From assembly GCA_964424305.1 (NCBI GenBank), contig CAYRHW010000006.1, forward strand, positions 1 to 58,612: a stretch of DNA of 58,612 nt, read 5' to 3'. The DNA comes from an uncultured Candidatus Saccharibacteria bacterium (GTDB taxonomy: Bacteria; Patescibacteriota; Minisyncoccia; Minisyncoccales; Staskawiczbacteraceae). Below are positions 1 through 7,172 of this stretch, one piece after another. Within the stretch, counting starts at the first letter, position 1. The number at the start of each line of letters is the position of its first letter. The position numbers were made by a program, and so were the translations under genes. A model generated the notes under the pieces. That model saw only the letters and a program-made list of their open reading frames with translations. It was not told where the DNA came from and searched no databases.

Positions 1-53
1 GCTTGTGGGCGAAAGCCCCGTTCAGCTAAGGATTTCCTAAGCTGAAGGCAAGC
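1..53 (+). ncRNA. 3' end of a structured RNA or structured 3' UTR, cut by the window edge (class not recognised)
   Basis: Nested helices are readable by eye. 1-5 GCTTG pairs with 49-53 CAAGC. Hairpin 7-18 is GGGC-GAAA-GCCC. Hairpin 23-44 is CAGCTAAGG-ATTT-CCTAAGCTG with one A.A mismatch. An intrinsic terminator follows at 65-88. Confidence 0.2.
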
Positions 54-64
54 ACAACAAAAGT

Positions 65-88
65 GCCGTCTTTCGGACGGCTTTTTTG
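65..88. terminator. Rho-independent terminator, usable in both directions
   Basis: Stem GCCGTC 65-70 / GACGGC 76-81, with a T-run at 82-87. The A-rich stretch 55-63 gives a U-run for the minus-strand gene ending at 92. Confidence 0.7.
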
Positions 89-91
89 TTT

Positions 92-559
92 CTATTCGTC
101 TTCAATGCCCTTGGTATATAGTTTTTGCCCTCTTTTTAGGTTTGAGTCTGGCATTACGCTCCAATAAGTGATATTGCCATCGCCCACCCTTCTTAAAATT
201 ACACGAATTTTAATCGGAGAATTGCCAATTATTGCAATAAAAGCCCAATACTCAACATTTTTTGTTTTAGTGAAGCCATCTTTACCCTTTTTACCAATAG
301 TAATAAATTCTTTTCTATATTCTTGAAGCGTTCCCGAATTTCTAATAACTTTAACAGCTAATGGCAAAAGACTAAATTTAAGAAGCTGTTCTCTCTTGTT
401 CCTTTCGTTTCTCGCCGAAAATTGCAGATGATGAAATCCGTCTGAATTAAAAACAATCTGTTCCTTAAAATAAGGATTATAAATACTTTTTTGTGAATTA
501 TATATGTTTTTTGCTTCTTCCTTCTTTTGATTGAAATATTCTATGTTTTCTTCATCCAT
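92..559 (-). CDS. hypothetical protein (155-161 aa)
   Basis: Long ORF from the track (92..577, GTG start). I prefer ATG at 559 because the minus strand reads TGATAATAT + 8 nt + ATG, matching the leaderless promoter grammar seen elsewhere. No family recognised with confidence. Confidence 0.6.
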   Translation of the reverse strand: MDEENIEYFNQKKEEAKNIYNSQKSIYNPYFKEQIVFNSDGFHHLQFSARNERNKREQLLKFSLLPLAVKVIRNSGTLQEYRKEFITIGKKGKDGFTKTKNVEYWAFIAIIGNSPIKIRVILRRVGDGNITYWSVMPDSNLKRGQKLYTKGIEDE

Positions 560-646
560 ATAATCAAATATTATCACTTCTCACTTAAAAAACAACAAAA
601 AACACCCTAAAAAGGATGTCTTTGGTTTTATTCTTACAGTTTAATT

Positions 647-1159
647 TTAGATTTTAGGCTTATCTAATTCTTCAACCTTAAACCCCAATTCAGGAAAAGT
701 AAGGTTTCTCAAGTAAATCCCACCCACCAAAAGGACATCATTCATACTTGCACCAGAATTAAATGCCCCTGTTTTTAATTTTTCAATGACATCAGGACAA
801 TGATTAGGTAAGTCTGCCATTACAGATAGAATTATTGCCTCGGCGTCATAGGGATTGGTAGCACCTTTTTTTCTTATAATTCCCAAAAGAGTTTCTTTCT
901 TGCTATCAACTATTTCTTTTATCCCGCTTTTTTCAAGTATTGAATTACCTCGTTCATTAAGTTGGCGGGGCGAATGAGCAGGTGCGACTCTATCCTGCCA
1001 AAGGTCATTTACCCTTGATTCTATAACAGCGAATCTTTCTCTAATTGGTGCTAAATCATCCAAAATCTGCAATTTTTTCCCAATATAAATTGTGGCACCG
1101 ATAATTGTGGGTATCCCTATTCCTACTATAATGGCGTTTATTGTATTGAGAATATCCAT
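647..1159 (-). CDS. hypothetical membrane-anchored protein
   Basis: 170-aa ORF with a hydrophobic N-terminus (IIVGIGIPTIIGATIYI). No recognisable catalytic motif. Confidence 0.6.
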   Translation of the reverse strand: MDILNTINAIIVGIGIPTIIGATIYIGKKLQILDDLAPIRERFAVIESRVNDLWQDRVAPAHSPRQLNERGNSILEKSGIKEIVDSKKETLLGIIRKKGATNPYDAEAIILSVMADLPNHCPDVIEKLKTGAFNSGASMNDVLLVGGIYLRNLTFPELGFKVEELDKPKI

Positions 1160-1267
1160 ATTTTTATATTTAGCTATTATCTATTTTTATTATACGCCAC
1201 CTTACCAAAAAATAAAAACACTATCAAGCTACAAGGTTTAAGCTTTTCATTTCTACCATCATCAGCT

Positions 1268-1368
1268 CCCAGTTTATGGTTCTAAGCGTGTTGCACAGGG
1301 GGAGCCATCAATTCGTGTCAATTCTTATCAAGAGCCACCTTTTAATTGAGGTGGTTTTTTGATACGAT
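1268..1368 (+). repeat. junction module A (GGTTC box + GGAGCC box + terminator hairpin + T-run + extended -10)
   Basis: GGTTC 1278-1282; GGAGCC 1301-1306; hairpin CCACC 1335-1339 / GGTGG 1350-1354; T-run 1355-1360; TGaTACGAT with -10 at 1363-1368; ATG 1375. 1336-1364 is identical over 29 nt to 5911-5939. 1268-1290 matches 7097-7119 at 20 of 23 positions. Confidence 0.75.
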
Positions 1369-1374
1369 GATTTA

Positions 1375-2139
1375 ATGCAAAAAGAAGAATTAAAAAAACT
1401 TGTGATAGAAGAGTTCGCTGGAGAAAATGCACAAAGCAGGTATTCTGATTTAGCAAAAAATGGTCTTTGGGATAGCGAAGAATATTTTATCTCCGAATAC
1501 TTTAGGGGTGGCAGTAAGGTTTTAGATTTAGGTTGTGGCACGGGTAGAACTACTATCCCACTGGTTGAAAGAGGCTACCAAGTTATAGCCGTAGATATTG
1601 TCCCAGAGATGATTGAAAGTGCGAAGATAATAGCCAAAGAAAAAAATCTAAGTATAGATTATAGGGTGGGTGATGCCACGAAGCTTAATTTTAACGACGA
1701 TTATTTTGACTATTTGTTATTTTCTAATCAAGGGTGGACACAGATTCCCGATAAAGCAGAAAGATTAAAGGCGCTCAAAGAAATGCGTAGAGTTTTGAAG
1801 CCAGATGGAACTTGTATCTTTACTGCTCACCCAAGAGTTTGGTTTAGCGGGCATTTTCTTTTTTGGGTTTGGCAGTGGTTAAGATTTTATATTCTAAAAC
1901 CATTGGGATTTGAAATCGATGAAATAGATTTTGGCGATAGGTTTTTTATTAGAGAAACGGGCGATAGTAATAAAGCATATAAAACAAAACAGTATATCCA
2001 TATTTCATCGGTTGAAGAGGTTAAGAAACAAATAAAGCTATCCGGTTTCAAGGTTATTGAAACCAATGGTAGTTTACAGATGTCTAAAAAGGATATAAGA
2101 AAACATCCATCAGTATTCTATATTTGTAAAAAGCTGTAA
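1375..2139 (+). CDS. class I SAM-dependent methyltransferase
   Basis: Motif [13 protein letters not shown], an acidic residue after beta-2 (VDIV) and post-I/II motifs (LKPDGTCIF). Confidence 0.85.
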   Translation: MQKEELKKLVIEEFAGENAQSRYSDLAKNGLWDSEEYFISEYFRGGSKVLDLGCGTGRTTIPLVERGYQVIAVDIVPEMIESAKIIAKEKNLSIDYRVGDATKLNFNDDYFDYLLFSNQGWTQIPDKAERLKALKEMRRVLKPDGTCIFTAHPRVWFSGHFLFWVWQWLRFYILKPLGFEIDEIDFGDRFFIRETGDSNKAYKTKQYIHISSVEEVKKQIKLSGFKVIETNGSLQMSKKDIRKHPSVFYICKKL

Positions 2140-2268
2140 TAAAACAATGATGAATTGCAGGGTAGGGGGACTAAGCTAAAATAGTAACTGCTTTGTCTGG
2201 GAGGTAATAAGCTCAGGATTAGGGAATGTTTTTTCCCAATTAAATATTCTAAAATCGTCCCACCTAGC

Positions 2269-2312
2269 GAGCAAAATTTCCTGAGGTAATTCCTCGGGTT
2301 TTTTGATATAAT
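2269..2312 (+). repeat. junction module B (partial: GAGCAAAA box + terminator hairpin + T-run + extended -10)
   Basis: GAGCAAAA 2269-2276; hairpin CCTGAGG 2280-2286 / CCTCGGG 2292-2298; T-run 2299-2304; TGaTATAAT with -10 at 2307-2312; ATG 2319, 6 nt later. The GGTTC box is missing. Confidence 0.6.
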
Positions 2313-2318
2313 CTAATC

Positions 2319-3326
2319 ATGGTAATTATTAGTAATTCACTTAAATCAATCAAGGCGACACTAGAAGAGAAGAAACCCTCAAAAGTTGTTTTAATTAGCT
2401 CGGGTTATCTAATATCAAAATTAGATTGGGCAATCACGGAGGTAAAAGAATTAATATCGTCCGATATTAAAGTAATACAGGTTCCCAACGGGGAGGAGGC
2501 AAAAGAGTGGAGTGTTCTAAGGGATCTATTAAATAGTTTCACCGAGAGTGGGTTGGATAGGAAGGGCCTTGTGATTGCTCTGGGCGGTGGGTCAATAACT
2601 GATTTAGTTGGTTTTGCCTCTTCAATTTATTTAAGAGGAATTAATTATGTAAATATCCCGACAACCCTTTTGGGCCAGGTTGATAGTGGCATTGGTGGCA
2701 AGACCGCCATAAATTTTGGAGGTTATAAAAATCAGGTAGGGTCTTTTTATGAACCAATAAATATAATAATTGATGTCAGGTTTCTAAAAACTCTAGATAA
2801 GTCGCAGATAGTGGATGGTTTGGCAGAAATAATCAAAGCAGGTTTAATAAAAGACCCGACAATATTAGATATTCTAAAATCTCATAGCCTCATTGGATTA
2901 AAAGAGAAACCTACCATAGAGGAATTAATTTCTAAAGCCGTTAAGGTTAAGGAATATTTTACTTCTAGGGACCCAAGAGACAGCGGGATAAGACAAATCT
3001 TGAATTTTGGGCATACAGTTGCCCATGCACTTGAGCTTAAATATAAATTAAGTCATGGACAAGCTGTTTTGATAGGAATGATAGAGGAGCTTAAATTTGG
3101 TGAAAAACTGGGAAAAACTAAACCAGAAGTAATAAGCCATCTCAACGAAATTATTAGAGGGTTAGGTATATCTCCCGAGACTAAAGGATTTATAGTTGAT
3201 TGGGGATCTATTTTGCACGACAAGAAAGTTTTAAGAGACGAAATTACTATGCCCATAATTAAAAAGATAGGAGAAGCCGAATTGATTAATATCAAATTAG
3301 ATAAACTACTTTCTCTTGTTAAATAA
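2319..3326 (+). CDS. 3-dehydroquinate synthase family protein (sugar-phosphate cyclase superfamily)
   Basis: GGGSITDLVGFASSIYLRGINYVNIPTTLLGQVDSGIGGKTAINF glycine-rich NAD/phosphate loop. Metal ligands sit in KAGLI, HTVAHALE and SHGQAV. At 335 aa it is shorter than canonical AroB. Confidence 0.8.
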   Translation: MVIISNSLKSIKATLEEKKPSKVVLISSGYLISKLDWAITEVKELISSDIKVIQVPNGEEAKEWSVLRDLLNSFTESGLDRKGLVIALGGGSITDLVGFASSIYLRGINYVNIPTTLLGQVDSGIGGKTAINFGGYKNQVGSFYEPINIIIDVRFLKTLDKSQIVDGLAEIIKAGLIKDPTILDILKSHSLIGLKEKPTIEELISKAVKVKEYFTSRDPRDSGIRQILNFGHTVAHALELKYKLSHGQAVLIGMIEELKFGEKLGKTKPEVISHLNEIIRGLGISPETKGFIVDWGSILHDKKVLRDEITMPIIKKIGEAELINIKLDKLLSLVK

Positions 3327-3379
3327 AATAGCCTTCAACTTAGGTTCGGTAGGCGAATGCCATTATTCTCCCTCATCTT

Positions 3380-3448
3380 GGTTCCAACAACCTTCACGAT
3401 GCGGAGCAAAATTTCCACCTTTTCAAATGGGTGGTTTTTTGGTAAAAT
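3380..3448 (+). repeat. junction module C (33-nt core + terminator hairpin + T-run + extended -10)
   Basis: Core 3381-3413 GTTCCAACAACCTTCACGATGCGGAGCAAAATT is identical to 5008-5040. Hairpin CCACC 3415-3419 / GGTGG 3430-3434; T-run 3435-3440; TGgTAAAAT with -10 at 3443-3448; ATG 3457. An extra GGTTCGGTAG box lies near 3345. Confidence 0.8.
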
Positions 3449-3456
3449 AATTTAAT

Positions 3457-3834
3457 ATGGATAAAATAATCTTTCTAGGTTCTATAATTATTATATTCGA
3501 TTTTATTGGTCTTTACCTCGCCTATTTATACGGTAGGAAAACCAAAATATTTCGCTGGAGCGAGTATTTTGCAATTATTCTGTTTCCCATTATAGGAGTT
3601 CTAGCATTCGCCTATTTAATTGATAGTAAAATTTTAGCATTATTTTTAGTAAGTGCTTGTTTTGGATTTGTTCTCGAATATATATTGGGTTTTGTTTACC
3701 ATAAAACACTTAATAAAAAATTGTGGGAATATAAAAGGCTGAGTGTGGGCGGATATACAAGTTTGCTTTCTATACCAATGTGGGGAATAGGGGGTTGCCT
3801 CTTTTGGTTTTTAAGTAAAATGGTGGGACTGTAG
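3457..3834 (+). CDS. small 4-TM membrane protein
   Basis: 125-aa ORF with four hydrophobic segments. It may be a CmpB-like 'ABC-transporter type IV' family member, recalled from memory only. Confidence 0.6.
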   Translation: MDKIIFLGSIIIIFDFIGLYLAYLYGRKTKIFRWSEYFAIILFPIIGVLAFAYLIDSKILALFLVSACFGFVLEYILGFVYHKTLNKKLWEYKRLSVGGYTSLLSIPMWGIGGCLFWFLSKMVGL

Positions 3835-3871
3835 AACCAAACGAGCCCTAACGTCTTTTCTCTCTTGTCCT

Positions 3872-3952
3872 GGTTCCAACAACCCTCACGATGCGGAGCA
3901 AGGCTGGACACCCATTTGGGTGTCTTTTGCTTTTTAAAGTATGTGGTAATAT
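3872..3952 (+). repeat. junction module D (core + terminator hairpin + extended -10)
   Basis: Core 3873-3901 differs at one position from copies C and E. Hairpin GACACCC 3907-3913 / GGGTGTC 3918-3924 plus a T-run. TGgTAATAT with -10 at 3947-3952. Confidence 0.75.
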
Positions 3953-4008
3953 AAAAGGTGGACAGTATACAGTCGATTGTCCACCTTAATATATTAATTG
4001 AAAAATTT

Positions 4009-4974
4009 ATGAAAACAGTTGAAAAAATAGCTGAATATATACAGAAGAAAAGACAAGCAACGGTTAATGAGCTGGTCGATTACCTTGGGATAAATAGGAG
4101 TGCAGTATATAAGCATATTAACAAAATGCTTAAGCATAATGTCCTGGATAAGGTTGGTAGACCACCTAAGGTTTTTTATTTGCTGAAAGAAAAGCCGGAT
4201 AGGGAGAATGAGATTATCGATTCTGCAAAAAAAGACATAATCGAAAAAAACTATCTTATCATTACTCCCAGCGGAGAAAAAAAAGATGGATTTACGGGTT
4301 TTAATTATTGGTGTAATAAAAATAATCTAGATGTTCCTAAGACTGCGGATGAATATATAAAAACTCTTCTCAAATACAGTAAGTTTAAAAGGGGTGGTTT
4401 AATCGATGGGATGCAGAAATTTAGTAATACATTTAGTGAGGTATATCTAGATAAAATATTTTATCTAGATTTCTATAGCATAGAAAGGTTTGGGAAGACA
4501 AAGTTGGGTCAGCTTCTGCTTTATGGGAAGCAGAGTGGTAACAGGGTGATAATCAAACAAATAGTGGAAGAGATAAAACCTAAAATTAATGCATTGATCA
4601 AGAAATTTAATATTGATGCGGTCGGTTTTATACCATGGACAGTAAAAAGAGATGTCCAATTTATGCGGGAACTCGAAAAACAACTTAATCTCAGTATTAA
4701 AAGTATAAAGATCGAAAAAATCAAAACAGAGATTATCGTCCCGCAAAAAACCCTATCAAAGTTAGAAGATCGTATCGAAAACGCTAGAAAAACTCTTGTG
4801 CTTTCAGAGGGGGGTAAATATAATAACCTTCTTCTTATTGATGATGCCGTGGGTTCTGGAGCAACTTTGAATCAGGTAGCCAAACAGGTAAAAGATAAAA
4901 AAATTGCGAAGAAAGCAGTAGGCCTCTCAATCACGGGTAGCTTTAAGGGATTTGACGTAATTAGTGAGGTCTAA
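4009..4974 (+). CDS. winged-HTH + phosphoribosyltransferase-domain protein (PurR-like architecture)
   Basis: N-terminal wHTH (ATVNELVDYLGINRSAVYKHINKM). C-terminal PRTase PRPP loop (LLLIDDAVGSGATLNQ). The track ORF starts at GTG 3958, inside an 8-bp hairpin (GGTGGACA 3956-3963 / TGTCCACC 3977-3984), so ATG 4009 is preferred. Confidence 0.75.
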   Translation: MKTVEKIAEYIQKKRQATVNELVDYLGINRSAVYKHINKMLKHNVLDKVGRPPKVFYLLKEKPDRENEIIDSAKKDIIEKNYLIITPSGEKKDGFTGFNYWCNKNNLDVPKTADEYIKTLLKYSKFKRGGLIDGMQKFSNTFSEVYLDKIFYLDFYSIERFGKTKLGQLLLYGKQSGNRVIIKQIVEEIKPKINALIKKFNIDAVGFIPWTVKRDVQFMRELEKQLNLSIKSIKIEKIKTEIIVPQKTLSKLEDRIENARKTLVLSEGGKYNNLLLIDDAVGSGATLNQVAKQVKDKKIAKKAVGLSITGSFKGFDVISEV

Positions 4975-5007
4975 ATAGGATTATTTTTTATGAGTGGATT
5001 TATCTTA

Positions 5008-5097
5008 GTTCCAACAACCTTCACGATGCGGAGCAAAATTACCACCCTTTAATTGGGGTGGGTTTTTGATAGAATTAACAATATTAAATGGTAAATA
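5008..5097 (+). repeat. junction module E (33-nt core + terminator hairpin + two extended -10 elements)
   Basis: Core 5008-5040; hairpin CCACCC 5042-5047 / GGGTGG 5056-5061; T-run. TGaTAGAAT with -10 at 5070-5075 and TGgTAAATA with -10 at 5092-5097. ATG 5105 follows 7 nt later. Confidence 0.8.
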
Positions 5098-5104
5098 AAA
5101 AAAT

Positions 5105-5509
5105 ATGAACGCGTATAACTGGTACTCACAACTAATTAAACCAACATGGGCCCCGCCTAGTTGGCTTTTTGGGCCGGTGTGGACGGTTTTGTATGCGATT
5201 ATCGTGGTTTCTTTTGGTGCCGTGTTTTATAAAACATTCACAGGAAAATTTACACGTATTGTAGCGCTTCCTTTTATACTCAATCTCGTTTTTAATTTCG
5301 CCTTCACGCCATTGCAGTTTGGGCTGAGAAACAATCTTCTCGCCACGATTGATATTTTGCTTGTTCTGGGCACTCTCGTCTGGGCGCTCTACGCAATCTG
5401 GCACGTTTCGTCCGGTTTGCGCTGGGTCGTCTATGCTAACATCCCCTACTTACTCTGGGTTTCGTTTGCGACCGTTTTGCAACTGACAATCACGTATTTA
5501 AATAAGTAA
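5105..5509 (+). CDS. tspO: TspO/MBR family tryptophan-rich sensory protein
   Basis: WYSQLIKPTWAPPSWLFGPVWTVLY signature and a Trp-rich C-terminal half. At 134 aa it appears to lack the first TM helix of canonical 5-TM TspO. Confidence 0.85.
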   Translation: MNAYNWYSQLIKPTWAPPSWLFGPVWTVLYAIIVVSFGAVFYKTFTGKFTRIVALPFILNLVFNFAFTPLQFGLRNNLLATIDILLVLGTLVWALYAIWHVSSGLRWVVYANIPYLLWVSFATVLQLTITYLNK

Positions 5510-5510
5510 T

Positions 5511-5852
5511 ATGCGCGTATGGGATATACATCCAAAACATTTGTGTCGAAAGCATTTGCTCGCCGAGCATCGCGAACTTCACGGACTTTGGAATATTTTA
5601 ACTAAACATAATGGCAGGGGAGGGTATTCGCGCCACCCGGAGACCTTGCGCTGGGTTGGAAAACAAAAAGCTCTCTATCTGCGACATGAGGTGCTCGTAA
5701 AGGAATTCGCTCGCCGTGGATACCAGCATCGCACTCTGCTTGATAAAAAATTCGCCACAGGTTCCGGAAGTCAGCGCGTATTCGTCAATACTATTGGTGA
5801 ACAGAAGGTGATTTTGAAACAAAAGCCTTGCGAGTGTCTATTGCATGTCTAG
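5511..5852 (+). CDS. pyrimidine-dimer DNA glycosylase (DenV/Pyr_excise family)
   Basis: MRVWDIHPKHLCRKHLLAEHRELHGLWNIL...HPETLRW pattern typical of the family. It starts 2 nt after the tspO stop. Confidence 0.75.
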   Translation: MRVWDIHPKHLCRKHLLAEHRELHGLWNILTKHNGRGGYSRHPETLRWVGKQKALYLRHEVLVKEFARRGYQHRTLLDKKFATGSGSQRVFVNTIGEQKVILKQKPCECLLHV

Positions 5853-5856
5853 TCGG

Positions 5857-5951
5857 GGTTCGTAGCGGACAGTTGGCGGATCAAGATTCAGCGTTCGGAG
5901 CCATCAAAAGCACCTTTTAATTGAGGTGGTTTTTTGATAATATGGGATAAT
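5857..5951 (+). repeat. junction module F (GGTTC box + GGAGCC box + terminator hairpin + extended -10)
   Basis: GGTTC 5857-5861; GGAGCC 5897-5902; hairpin CACC 5911-5914 / GGTG 5925-5928; T-run 5930-5935; TGaTAATAT with -10 at 5938-5943 and TGgGATAAT with -10 at 5946-5951. There is a 29-nt identity with module A. Confidence 0.75.
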
Positions 5952-5962
5952 ATATAAAACTT

Positions 5963-6481
5963 ATGAAAAAAATATTAACATTTCTAATAATCGTTTTTCT
6001 GATAATAGTTTTATTATTCGTTGGTTGGTTTCTTTTCTTTCAAACAAAAAAGGGAACGAACGAAGAACAAGTAGCCGGTAATAAATATAGGAACGATTAT
6101 TATAAGTTTGAAATGATATATCCTCTTGATTGGAAAATGTCGACGATTGCAACAAAAACTCCACCATACTCTGTGTTGTTCACCATTAAATCAGAGAAAG
6201 ATGCGGATGAAGAAGTAAATATAGATTGTATCGATGGACAAGTCACTCTAACAGATTATTTTGGCGCAGGTGAAATTCAAAGAAGTTTGGTCGTTGATAT
6301 TACCTCAAATGGTTTTATATGGAAAAAGGTACGGAGACCCACTCATCCCAGGGATTTGTATGCCTTTATACAGAATAATGGGAAAACCTATGTTTTCTCC
6401 TATTCCTGTAACGAAAGTAATGGAAAAAATATTGATGCAAGATTCGAGCAAGTCATTTCTAATTTTAAGTTTTTACCATAA
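5963..6481 (+). CDS. membrane-anchored or secreted hypothetical protein
   Basis: 172-aa ORF with an N-terminal hydrophobic anchor (ILTFLIIVFLIIVLLFVGWFLFF). Confidence 0.65.
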   Translation: MKKILTFLIIVFLIIVLLFVGWFLFFQTKKGTNEEQVAGNKYRNDYYKFEMIYPLDWKMSTIATKTPPYSVLFTIKSEKDADEEVNIDCIDGQVTLTDYFGAGEIQRSLVVDITSNGFIWKKVRRPTHPRDLYAFIQNNGKTYVFSYSCNESNGKNIDARFEQVISNFKFLP

Positions 6482-6515
6482 ACCAGGTTTTAATATCATC
6501 TTTGACCCTTATTTT

Positions 6516-6577
6516 GGTTCCAACAACCCCCGATGCAGAGCTAATAAAATCGCTTTCTGGCGATTTTTTGGTAGAAT
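6516..6577 (+). repeat. junction module G (diverged core + terminator hairpin + extended -10)
   Basis: GGTTCCAACAACCCCCGATGCAGAGC 6516-6541; hairpin TCGC 6550-6553 / GCGA 6560-6563; T-run 6564-6569; TGgTAGAAT with -10 at 6572-6577. Confidence 0.7.
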
Positions 6578-6610
6578 GAAATAATATTATGAACCTAAAT
6601 TTAAATAATT

Positions 6611-6799
6611 ATGCACATCTTTAAAACGTGGACGTTCCGTTGGTGGGAGGTTAGTTTGATAAAATTATGCCTCATTTCTCTCGGCATTATTTTAACCGTC
6701 TATTTTTATGACTATCTCGTCGGTTTATTATGGTTTTGGTGGATACTTTTCATTGTGACCGCAATATATTTTATTACTGGGGCAATAAAAGAAAAGTAG
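6611..6799 (+). CDS. small 2-TM membrane protein
   Basis: 62-aa ORF with two hydrophobic helices. Confidence 0.5.
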   Translation: MHIFKTWTFRWWEVSLIKLCLISLGIILTVYFYDYLVGLLWFWWILFIVTAIYFITGAIKEK

Positions 6800-6904
6800 A
6801 AAAATAGTTTCCCAGATAGCCCAGAAGCTACCTTTTGTTGAAATGGATTTCGGTTGACTAAGATTTTTAGAATTAATAAACTAATATAATAATTATATAA
6901 GAAT

Positions 6905-7060
6905 ATGGTAAAAGGAAATTTCATCGGTGCGGCCATTGTCGCAATAATCTACACGGTTTACATTTTAATTAATCCCTTGCCAATAAAATTGCAAACAGCG
7001 GCAGCATTGGTGATTCTTAACGCCTTGACTATTGTGCTTTTGTCATTTGCATTCAAATAA
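6905..7060 (+). CDS. small membrane protein (51 aa, below the ORF-track cutoff)
   Basis: Hand-translated as MVKGNFIGAAIVAIIYTVYILINPLPIKLQTAAALVILNALTIVLLSFAFK*. It has two hydrophobic segments and fills an otherwise empty + strand gap. Confidence 0.4.
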   Translation: MVKGNFIGAAIVAIIYTVYILINPLPIKLQTAAALVILNALTIVLLSFAFK

Positions 7061-7096
7061 ATTTGCCACCAAAAGCATAATTTTATCATCATTATC

Positions 7097-7172
7097 CCCA
7101 ATCTATGGTTCTAAGCGCGCCTAGCCGGGACTCTCTATATAAGAAAAAAAGACCTTCATCGGGTCTTTTTTG
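7097..7172 (+). repeat. junction module H (GGTTCTAAGCG box + bidirectional terminator), with no + strand gene downstream
   Basis: TATGGTTCTAAGCG 7104-7117 is identical to 1275-1288. Hairpin AGACC 7150-7154 / GGTCT 7162-7166 is flanked by an A-run and a T-run, and also terminates the convergent gene 7156..7902. Confidence 0.6.

Noticed and set aside
1-26. A group II intron domain V-like hairpin (GAAA tetraloop).
   Set aside because: The arms do not pair in the required 14-bp, 2-nt-bulge geometry, and the AGC triad context is missing.
1275-1361. A shared leader peptide (MVLS...) starts at the ATG embedded in TATGGTTCTAAGCG, in copies A and H.
   Set aside because: Only two copies contain the ATG. 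The downstream peptide sequences diverge immediately. The H-copy ORF (7105..7359) runs antisense through a well-supported methyltransferase gene.
3380-3413. The core motif might be a guanidine-I/ykkC-type, glycine or preQ1-I riboswitch.
   Set aside because: Only short echoes are present: GGUUC, ACG..GGAG..AAAA and GGAGCAA. The other conserved blocks of those families are absent, namely GGUCCGAGAG, GCCCGGGAG, CUCAGGCAAAAGGAC and the preQ1 A-rich tail. Without a covariance-model search I cannot claim membership.
3958-4008. Non-ATG upstream starts from the ORF track: 3958 GTG, 9078, 12300 TTG, 12620 GTG, 24691 TTG, 35083 TTG, 41655 TTG and 58250 TTG.
   Set aside because: They fall inside hairpins, terminators or promoter boxes, or upstream of mapped promoter elements. 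A nearby in-frame ATG fits the promoter grammar better. Uncertainty remains and is noted per feature.
1160-7172. The junction modules might be integron attC sites or a CRISPR array.
   Set aside because: There is no R''/R' (RYYYAAC / GTTRRRY) inverted core. The sequence right of each hairpin is not complementary to the GGTTCCAACAACC side. No intI-like recombinase is present. The repeats are gene-spaced (0.2-1 kb) and mosaic rather than identical short repeats, and no cas genes are present.
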